A program made the translations under genes and the position numbers. From the NCBI GenBank assembly GCA_963831715.1, contig CAWHRB010000002.1, positions 139,655 through 203,654 on the forward strand: DNA of 64,000 bases, in the 5' to 3' direction. This stretch comes from an uncultured Chloroflexia bacterium (GTDB lineage: Bacteria; Chloroflexota; Limnocylindria; Limnocylindrales; CSP1-4). Below the pieces are notes generated by a model, which had not been told where the DNA came from, ran no database searches, and saw only the letters and a program-made list of their open reading frames with translations. Below are positions 9,384 through 17,600 of this stretch, piece after piece (the first letter of the stretch is position 1; every line of letters starts with the position of its first letter).

Positions 9384-10403
9384 ATGACGACCGAGATCCT
9401 GCCAGCGCCATCACCCGTGCAGGCCGCGGCCCCACGCCCACGGATCTTCTCGGGCATCCAGCCCTCGGGCGCGCCCCACATCGGCAACGACCTGGGCGCC
9501 ATCCGCAACTACGTGAAGCTCCAGTGGGAGTACGAGGCGATCTACTGCATCGTCGACTACCACGCGCTGACGAGCCTCCACGACCCGGATCGACTGCGGA
9601 ACCAGACGCGCGAGATGGCGGCCGGGCTGCTCGCGCTCGGCCTCGATCCCGAGCGCTGCACGCTCTTCGTCCAGAGCCATCGACCGGAGTGCACCGAGCT
9701 CGCCTGGCTGCTCGCCACCGTCACCCCGGTCAGCTGGCTGGAGCGCACGCCGACGTACAAGGAGAAGCGCGAGAACCAGCCCGACGACATCAATCACGGC
9801 CTGCTGACCTACCCGGTCCTCCAGGCCGCCGACATCGTCCTGTACAAGGCTTCGCTCGTCCCCGTCGGCAAGGACCAGGCGGCCCATCTCGAGCTGTCGC
9901 GCGAGATCGTGCGCTCCTTCAACAACCGCTACGGCGAGGTCTTTCCTGAGCCGCAGGCCGTCTTCACCGAGGCACCGATCGTGCTCGGAACGGATGGTGT
10001 TCGGAAGATGAGCAAGTCCCTCGGCAACACCATCGACATCTTTGCCCCCGAAGATGTCATCAGGAAACAGATCATGTCGATGGTCACCGATACCAAGCGC
10101 ATCCTGCGGACCGACCCGGGTCGTCCCGAGGTCTGCAACGTGTGCCAGCTCCATCGCTCGTTCGGTGACGACTACGAGGAGATCTGGGACGGCGAGCGGA
10201 CGGCGCGCACCGGTTGCGTCGACACCAAGAAGCTCCTCGCCGAGCGCATCCTTGCGCGCTACGCGGACGCACGCGAACGCTACGGAGGACTGATGGCCGA
10301 CCCGGCCCGCATCGATCGCATCCTCGCGGATGGTGCCGAGCGGATCCGCCCGATCGCTCAGGCGACGATGGACGAGGTCCATCACAAGATGGGTCTGCGC
10401 TGA
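9384..10403 (+). CDS. trpS: Tryptophanyl-tRNA synthetase
   Basis: FSGIQPSGAPHIGN (HIGH-like), YPVLQAADI, VPVGKDQ, KMSKS. Confidence 0.96.
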   Translation: MTTEILPAPSPVQAAAPRPRIFSGIQPSGAPHIGNDLGAIRNYVKLQWEYEAIYCIVDYHALTSLHDPDRLRNQTREMAAGLLALGLDPERCTLFVQSHRPECTELAWLLATVTPVSWLERTPTYKEKRENQPDDINHGLLTYPVLQAADIVLYKASLVPVGKDQAAHLELSREIVRSFNNRYGEVFPEPQAVFTEAPIVLGTDGVRKMSKSLGNTIDIFAPEDVIRKQIMSMVTDTKRILRTDPGRPEVCNVCQLHRSFGDDYEEIWDGERTARTGCVDTKKLLAERILARYADARERYGGLMADPARIDRILADGAERIRPIAQATMDEVHHKMGLR

Positions 10404-10410
10404 GCCCCTC

Positions 10411-11601
10411 ATGGCCGACGCGATCGCACCAGGGGGTCGCGACCGCCGGCTCCTGAGCGCCATCCTCGCGCTCGGGGCGATCGTCCTGTTCTTCGTGGCC
10501 GTCAATCTGGCCGCGTCGGCGATCGGGTACTTCGGCGATGTCCTGCTGGCGTTCTTCCTGGCCTGGCTGCTGGCCTTCATCATCAGCCCGGTCGTCACCC
10601 GGATCGTCGACCTGATCCCGCGCCTGCCACGCGTCCTCGCGACCGTCATGGTCTATACGCTGATCGTCGCGATCCTCGTCTTCCTCGTCCTGATCATCGC
10701 CCAGGCGCTGTCGAACTCCATCACGCAGTTCGCCGCATCGCTGCCGGAGGTCCGGGGCAACATCACGATCATCGTCCTGCCGATGCAGACGTGGCTCGAC
10801 TCGATCGGGCTGGGCCAGGTCGACCTCTCGACCCAGGCGCTCGCGGTGATCGACAACCTCGACGAGTTCGCGGGTCAGCTCATCGTCCCGCTGCAGTCGG
10901 TGGCCGTCGCCAGCCTCGGCGCGATCGGCACGATGCTGATCGTGTTCATCCTGTCGATCTACATGGTCATCGACCGTGACCAGATCATGGCCTTCCTCTT
11001 CCGTCTCGTGCCACCGGCCTACGCCGAGGAGGCACGACTCCTACAGACGTCGGTGGCGCGGTCCTTCGGCGGCTTCCTGCGCGGGCAGGCGTTGATGGGC
11101 ATCGTGTACTTCGGCGTGGCGCTGCTGACCCACGCGGTCCTCGGGCTCGAGCTGACGGCCCTTTCGGCGACGTCCGCAGGTGTCCTGATGTCGATCCCGT
11201 TCTTCGGGCCGTTCTTCGCCTGGGCCCCACCGGTCCTCGTCGCGCTGTTCACCAAGCCCGACGCGGTGCTGCCGGCGATCGTGCTGATGGGCGCGGGCTG
11301 GGTTGTCGTGATGAACGCGCTCCAGCCGCGGATCATGCAGGGCGCCGTGGGGATCCACCCGATCGTCGTCCTCGGCTCCGTGCTCATCGGGTCGAAGATC
11401 GCCGGTATCCCTGGAGCGATCTTCGGCATCCCTGTCGCGGCGGTCGTGTCCTCGTTCTTCTTCCACTTCCTGCATCTGACGGCAGGCGACCGGACAGTGG
11501 CCGGCCGGGCCGCGAAGCGCCTCAGCGAACGCGAGGGGCGACCGGTCCAGGTGCCCCGCGAGCCGGCACCCGGCCAGGCAGCGGACGTCCCCGAACCATG
11601 A
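10411..11601 (+). CDS. AI-2E (PerM) family transporter
   Basis: Multiple TM helices, GGFLRGQ, IPFFGP, IHPIVVLGSVLIGSKIAGIPG. Start set at ATG 10411. Confidence 0.88.
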   Translation: MADAIAPGGRDRRLLSAILALGAIVLFFVAVNLAASAIGYFGDVLLAFFLAWLLAFIISPVVTRIVDLIPRLPRVLATVMVYTLIVAILVFLVLIIAQALSNSITQFAASLPEVRGNITIIVLPMQTWLDSIGLGQVDLSTQALAVIDNLDEFAGQLIVPLQSVAVASLGAIGTMLIVFILSIYMVIDRDQIMAFLFRLVPPAYAEEARLLQTSVARSFGGFLRGQALMGIVYFGVALLTHAVLGLELTALSATSAGVLMSIPFFGPFFAWAPPVLVALFTKPDAVLPAIVLMGAGWVVVMNALQPRIMQGAVGIHPIVVLGSVLIGSKIAGIPGAIFGIPVAAVVSSFFFHFLHLTAGDRTVAGRAAKRLSEREGRPVQVPREPAPGQAADVPEP

Positions 11602-12671
11602 GCGACGACCCGACGGCCCCACCCGACGTCTCGACCCCGAAGGAGGTCGAGGCCGCGCGCGACGAGGTCCCAGACATGACCCGCGAACGCGCGCGCACGG
11701 AGCGGCGCGACCTCGACAAGGAGCGTGGCGAGCCGCTGGCCGGTGGAGCGGCCCGGGGTGGCCCGCGCGCGCTGCGCACGCCGACCAGGCCGGTTCCCGA
11801 GTGGACGAGCAAGCCGCGCATCCTCGTCACCAACGACGACGGCGTCGAGTCGCGCGGCCTGCTCGCGCTCAAGCAGGCCATGGAGCCGCTGGGCGAGGTC
11901 ACGGTCGTGGCGCCGGACACGAACCAGAGCGCGGTCGGCCACCAGAAGACCCTGATGCGACCGCTGCGCGTCCGCGAGCGGACACTCGCCGACGGTTCGC
12001 CCGCCTACTCGGTCGACGGCTCGCCGACCGACGCGGTGAGCCTGGCCTTCCTCGGCTACTTCAACCATGGCTTCGATCTCGTCGCGGCGGGCATCAACTA
12101 CGGCGCCAACCTCGGCGACGACATCACCTACTCCGGGACGGTCAGTGCGGCCATGGAGGCGGTCATCAACTCGTGCCCCGCGTTCGCGATCTCACAGGAG
12201 TACTACGAGCACCCGGACTTCACCCTCGCCGGCTACGCAGCGACCGTTGTCGCCCGCAACATCCTGACCGAGGGCCTGTCGCGCGGTGAGCTCGTCAACA
12301 TCAACGTGCCGGCGACGTCGCTCGAGGAATCCGGGGGCTTCGAGGTGACCCGTCTCGGCCGGCGCGTGTACTCCGACCAGCTCGTCGAGCGACTCGATCC
12401 GCGCGGCATCCCCTACTTCTGGATCGGCGGGCCGCCGCCGTCCGGGCTGGCGGTACCCGGCACCGACTTCCATGCCGTCGTCAATCGCCGGATCGCCGTG
12501 ACACCCATCCATCTCGACCTCACCGGCCGGCGTCTGCTGCGGCGCCTGAAGACGTGGACCTGGGACCTGCCAGCCGGGGACGCATCGACCGACGGGACGC
12601 GGCCCGACGGGACGACGGCCATGGCGGCCGACGCGCGCCCACCGAATCCGAAGAGCCGCCGGCGTCGCTGA
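11598..12671 (+). CDS. surE: 5'/3'-nucleotidase SurE with N- and C-terminal extensions
   Basis: RILVTNDDGV, VVAPDTNQSAVG, VDGSPTDAV, GINYGANLGDDITYSGTVSAAME. Confidence 0.93.
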   Translation: MSDDPTAPPDVSTPKEVEAARDEVPDMTRERARTERRDLDKERGEPLAGGAARGGPRALRTPTRPVPEWTSKPRILVTNDDGVESRGLLALKQAMEPLGEVTVVAPDTNQSAVGHQKTLMRPLRVRERTLADGSPAYSVDGSPTDAVSLAFLGYFNHGFDLVAAGINYGANLGDDITYSGTVSAAMEAVINSCPAFAISQEYYEHPDFTLAGYAATVVARNILTEGLSRGELVNINVPATSLEESGGFEVTRLGRRVYSDQLVERLDPRGIPYFWIGGPPPSGLAVPGTDFHAVVNRRIAVTPIHLDLTGRRLLRRLKTWTWDLPAGDASTDGTRPDGTTAMAADARPPNPKSRRRR

Positions 12672-12741
12672 CGGCCCGGCCGGTGGCGCGTACCATCGAG
12701 CACGTCCCCCAGCCGATATCGCGACCACGGAGGCGCCGACC

Positions 12742-13251
12742 ATGGACGATCTCTCCAACTTGAGCCGCGGGCTCGGCAGCGCGGGCGGCGCCGACGTCGG
12801 CGCGACGATGGGCGACCTGGCCGGGGCGATCGACGATGCCGGTGGCGTCGACGGGCTCGTGACGAAGCTGCGCCAGGGCGGCCTCGACCAGGAAGTCGAT
12901 TCGTGGGTATCGACCGGACCGAACGCACCCGTGGACCCGCAGCGGCTCGGCGATGCGCTCGGACCCGAGACGGTCCAGCGCCTGGCCAACGGCTCGGGCC
13001 TCGACATCCAGGCCCTGCTCCCCCTCCTCGCGGCGTTCCTGCCGCAGCTCATCGACATGCTGACGCCGGACGGGCAGGCGCCGTCGGGCGGTCTCAACGA
13101 TGCCCTGGGCAGCGGTGGCCTCGGCGACCTCGGCGGCTTGCTCGGGGGCCTGATGGGCGGTGCGACGACCGGCGGTGCCAGCGGCACCGGCAGCCTCGAC
13201 GACGTGCTCGGTGGTCTCGGCGGCGTGCTCGGCGGTGACAAGGGTCGCTGA
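12742..13251 (+). CDS. YidB (DUF937) family protein
   Basis: GGVDGLVTKLRQGGLDQEVDSWVSTGPN and LPQLIDMLTPDG. GGAGG SD upstream. Confidence 0.85.
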   Translation: MDDLSNLSRGLGSAGGADVGATMGDLAGAIDDAGGVDGLVTKLRQGGLDQEVDSWVSTGPNAPVDPQRLGDALGPETVQRLANGSGLDIQALLPLLAAFLPQLIDMLTPDGQAPSGGLNDALGSGGLGDLGGLLGGLMGGATTGGASGTGSLDDVLGGLGGVLGGDKGR

Positions 13252-13330
13252 CCGACCCTGACGGATGTCCATGCCGGTTCGCTGACCGACGTCAGCGGCG
13301 GTCGGCACCGATGGACGTGATGCTCCGGGC

Positions 13331-13822
13331 ATGGACAGCCCGCACGCCGCCGCCCTGCGCGTCCACCGGTTCCTCGAGACGGAGCCCGTGATCTGGCTGT
13401 CCAGCATCCGTCCTGACGGGGCGCCGCACCTCGTGCCGACCTGGTTCGTCTGGGACGGCGAGACGATCGTCATCCGCTCCAAGCCGCACGCGCGCAAGGT
13501 CCGTAACCTCAGCCACGAGCCGCGGGCGATGCTCGCGCTCGGTGATGCCGAGGACGACTTCGACGTCGGGCTGCTGGAGGCGCGTGCGGTGGTCATCGAT
13601 GGCGACCGGCCGTTGCCGGCGGGGTTCGTGGCGAAGTACCGCGAGCGGATGGCGGGCCTCGGCCTGACGCCGGCCGAGTTCGCGGCGACCTACTCGGCGA
13701 CGATCCGCCTCACGCCCGCCCGGACGCTCGGCTGGCACGGGCGCTCGACGCCGCGCTCCTGGTTCGACGCCGTGCGCCGCATGGCACTCGGCCGACCGGC
13801 ACTCGCGCACGGCACAGCCTGA
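13331..13822 (+). CDS. Pyridoxamine 5'-phosphate oxidase-like protein (PPOX class, possibly F420-dependent)
   Basis: EPVIWLSSIRPDGAPHLVPTWFVWDG...KVRNL split-barrel pattern. Confidence 0.8.
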   Translation: MDSPHAAALRVHRFLETEPVIWLSSIRPDGAPHLVPTWFVWDGETIVIRSKPHARKVRNLSHEPRAMLALGDAEDDFDVGLLEARAVVIDGDRPLPAGFVAKYRERMAGLGLTPAEFAATYSATIRLTPARTLGWHGRSTPRSWFDAVRRMALGRPALAHGTA

Positions 13823-13921
13823 GCGGCCCCGAGACGACGGGGGTCCATACTCCCGCCGACCGTCGGCTCTGACGGACGCCGCACGGCGCCTGTCATCCAG
13901 CCGACACATCGTTCTCCGGGC

Positions 13922-13946
13922 GCAACATCGGTCGCGTCCAGGCGTT
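13922..13946 (+). promoter_or_regulatory. Candidate ECF-sigma-dependent promoter upstream of the ECF gene
   Basis: GCAAC-N16-CGTT matches the general AAC...CGT layout of ECF promoters. Confidence 0.35.
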
Positions 13947-14025
13947 CTCGCCTATCGCATCACGCCAAGCTCCTGCGACGGCCCAGGTCGCGGGACGGCG
14001 TTTCGAGCGAGAGAGATCTGGCGCG

Positions 14026-14688
14026 ATGGAACGTACCAGCGACGAGTCACCCGAAGGCGTCCCGGCCCCGGAGGCGGGCGGACCGCAACATCCCGGCGCG
14101 CTCGACGTCACAGCCGGCGTGAACCATGCGACGACGATGCTCGTACACGACGGGGATGTGCTGACGACGCCCCAGCCCATCGTCGATACGGGCGCGGTGG
14201 TCGCGGCGATCTACGACCGCCACCAGTCCGAACTCTTCTCGTTCGCGCTGCGCAGCTGCCGCGACCGGGAGGCCGCCGAAGACCTGCTGCACGAGGCCTT
14301 CATCCGCCTCATCGCCGAGGTCGAGGCGGGTCGCATGCCGGAGAACGTCCGCGCCTGGCTGTACCGGGTCACCGCCAACCTCGTCGCTTCGCGCGGACGA
14401 CGTGCGACCGTGGCGCGGCGCTGGCTCGCCAGCGTGGGACCGCCCGAGACCACGATGCGCGGACCCGAGCCGAGCTTCCTCGAGCAGGAGCGCCGGGATG
14501 ATCTCGCCGACGCGCTCGGAGACCTCGGCGCGGACGCTCGGACCGCCCTGCTCATGGCGGCCGACGGGTTCCGCGGCGAAGAGATCGCGACCGCGATCGG
14601 CCGCAGCGCGCTCGCGACCCGCTCGTTGATGTGCCGGGCCCGTCTCCAGCTCCGGGAGCGTCTTGGGGGCATGGAGTCATGGACATGA
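14026..14688 (+). CDS. ECF RNA polymerase sigma-70 family factor
   Basis: IYDRHQSELFSFA...AAEDLLHEAFIRL...AWLYRVTANL and region 4 GFRGEEIATAIGRSALATRSLMCRARLQL. The true start may lie further downstream. Confidence 0.9.
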   Translation: MERTSDESPEGVPAPEAGGPQHPGALDVTAGVNHATTMLVHDGDVLTTPQPIVDTGAVVAAIYDRHQSELFSFALRSCRDREAAEDLLHEAFIRLIAEVEAGRMPENVRAWLYRVTANLVASRGRRATVARRWLASVGPPETTMRGPEPSFLEQERRDDLADALGDLGADARTALLMAADGFRGEEIATAIGRSALATRSLMCRARLQLRERLGGMESWT

Positions 14689-17600
14689 TCGAGCACGGAC
14701 GGGCACAGGAGCTTGCCGCGATCGGCCTTGATTTCGAGCTCGACCCCGGCGAGCGCGCTGTGTTGGATCGCCACCTCGCCGACTGCGAGGCGTGTCGAGC
14801 GGTGGCGGTCGACCTGGGAGCGATCCAAAACGCCATCGCCGAGCTGCCGACCGAGGACGCGCCGGCCCGACTGCGACGCCAGATCCTCGACCCGGCCGGC
14901 GAGCGTGCCCGCCGGAGCCAGGCGTCCCGCTGGACGCTCCCGCGGATCCCCCGCTTGCAGGCGTTCGGCATCGCTGCGGCTGCGGCCGTGGTGGCGATCG
15001 CCATCGTCGCGTCGCAGCTCCCGTGGCAGGCAGGACCGACGCCGAGCGTGGCGATCGCAGACCCGACCTCGACGCCCTCAGGGGAGAGCCCAACGCCCGG
15101 AGCGACAGCCGGGCCGTCCGCGACCGAACGACCGCCGATCCTCGCCTACACCCCGCGCGCCGAGCTGACGCCCGTTTCCGGGGCCGGTCCCGTGGTGGCC
15201 CCCGATGCCGAGTTCCGACTCGTCAGCGTCGATGGCTCGCCGGCCGTCGACCTTGCGGCTCGGCTCTCCGTCAAGCCGGCGCTCGAACTTGCTGTCGAGC
15301 CCGAGCCGGACGGGACGGCTGTTCGGATCCGGCCCGCGACGCAGATGCAGCCGGGCACCGTGTACCGATTCACGCTGGCCGGGGCCGACGGCCGCCCGCA
15401 AGACAGCTGGGCATTCCAGACCGAACAGGCCGTTCGGGTCGTGGCCACGACCCCCGACGACACTGAGACGGATGTGCCGTTGGACACCGGGATCGAGATC
15501 ACCTTCGACCAGGATGGTGTCGTCGACCCCGCCTCGCATGTCACGATCCAGCCCCTGACACCCGGCCGGTTCGAATGGCGCGATCGCACGCTGGCATTCG
15601 TCCCGCAGCGCCTGAAGGCCGCGACCGTCTACACGGTCACGGTGACGCGCGGTGTGCGGGTCGAGGGGTCGGACGAGGTCCTGGCAGAAGACTTCCGGTT
15701 CCGATTCGAGACTGCCGCGCAGCCGGGCCGGGTGACGACGACGTTCGGGTTCCCCGACGACGTGCTCGAAGCTCCGACAGCCGGCCGCGCGACGCTGCCG
15801 ATCTGGGCCTTCCGCGATGACGACACCCTTCCGAGCGCGACCGCGATGGAGGTATACCGGTTCGCGGATCGCGCCGCAGCGATCGATGGATTCCGACAGT
15901 TGCGCCGGTCATCGCGCTGGGCGCGCTGGTCGATCGCGGACGCGGTCCCGACCGCAGGGCTGCGACGCGTCATGAGCTTCCGCGCAGCGCTGCAACGCGG
16001 GGGCGAATCATTGTGGTTCCGCTTGCCGGACACCCTCGCTGCCGGCTGGTACCTCGTCCAACAGCCATCCAGGACCCGTCCGACGCAGGTCATCCTCCAG
16101 GTCACGGACGTCGCCGGCTACCTGAGCGTCTCGGACGGCCGCACGCTGGTCTGGGCGAACGACCTCGCAGACGGCCGCCCGCTGTCCGGCGCCACGGTGA
16201 CCACCGAGGGGAGCGACCTGGGGCGGACCGACGCGGACGGCCTCCTCCTCGCCGACACCCCGGCGCCACTGCGCGCAGATGGGCAGCCTGGCTGCGCGGA
16301 GAGCGCCTGCGATCGAGTCGTCATCGTCCGCTCACCGGACGGCCGATCGATGTTCATGCCGGCCGACAACCCGTACGGCATGGGCGTTGGCCACGATGGA
16401 TCGTCGGCGAACGCGCAGAGCCATTGGCTCGTCTACCACACGGACCGGCTCGTCTATCGACGAACCGACACCGTCAACGTCTGGGGCATGGTCCGCGACC
16501 GCGCTAGCGGCGCGGTCCCGGAGACCGTCGACGTGGCGCTGGTCGTGGGCTTCAGCGATCCGACGCCCCCGCCGATCGCGTCGTTGCGCCTTCGGCCCTC
16601 GCCGACCGGAGCATTCACCGGCTCGCTGCCGATCGCGAACCTGCCCGAAGGCTCGTACGACCTCATCCTGCGGGCCGGCGCGGACGTGATCGGTTCGACA
16701 AGCGTGCAGGTCGCCCGGATCCTCAAGCCGGCTTACAAGCTCGACCTGGAGACCGGCCGACGCGTCTACATCGAGGGCGACCGGATCAGGGTGACGTCAC
16801 ACGCCACCTTCTACGAGGGGACTCCGGTACCCGGTGTCCGGCTGCGCATCGATGGCCGCGTCCAGCGAAACGTGACAACGGACCGGACCGGCACGGCGAC
16901 CTTCAGGACCGTCGCCCACGCCGACCGGGACATCGACGGCTCGGCCTGGGATTACCAGTCCGTCGGGGTCAACCCTGCGCGCGCGGAGGAAGGTGACATC
17001 GCCGGGTCCACCCAGGCATTCCTCGTCTTCCCCAGCAGCCGCACGATCCGCGGCGAGGCGACCATCGCATCCGGCCGCGTGCGGTTGCAGGGCACTGTCC
17101 ACCTGGTCGATCGCGACCGGCTCGAGACGGAGATCGCGGGAGGCCTTTCACCATGGGACCTCGATCCGCGGGGCAAGCCGGTGACCGGCGCGACCGTCGC
17201 GATCAGCTTCAACGAGGAGATCCCCTCGCGGGTCCAGGCGGGGACCGAGTACGACTGGATCGAGAAGAAGGTCGTGCCGATCTACGAGTATGAGGTCCGA
17301 ACCCAGGAGGTCAGGACGATGCGGGTCCGCACCTCCGCGAACGGATCGTTCTCCGCGTCCATTCCCGATCCAGGCAGGAGACACGACTTCCAGATCCGGA
17401 TGACCGTCGGCGATCCGGACGGCCACCCCGCGCGCACGTTCGCCTACGCGAGCGCCGGCCGAGCATCGACGGATACCGTCGACTATGCCTCGCTCGCGCC
17501 GACATCCTCGGCCGTCGCCCGACCGGACGGCTACGCCATCGGCGATCGGATCGATCTCACCGTTACCGAGAACCGTCGCGCCCGCGGTGGCCGGTACCTG

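Noticed and set aside
13252-13320. Long hairpin after the yidB-like gene (core GCTGAC-CGAC-GTCAGC)
   Set aside because: No U-tract and no second copy in the window. It may be a terminator or stabilising stem, but nothing supports a more specific call.
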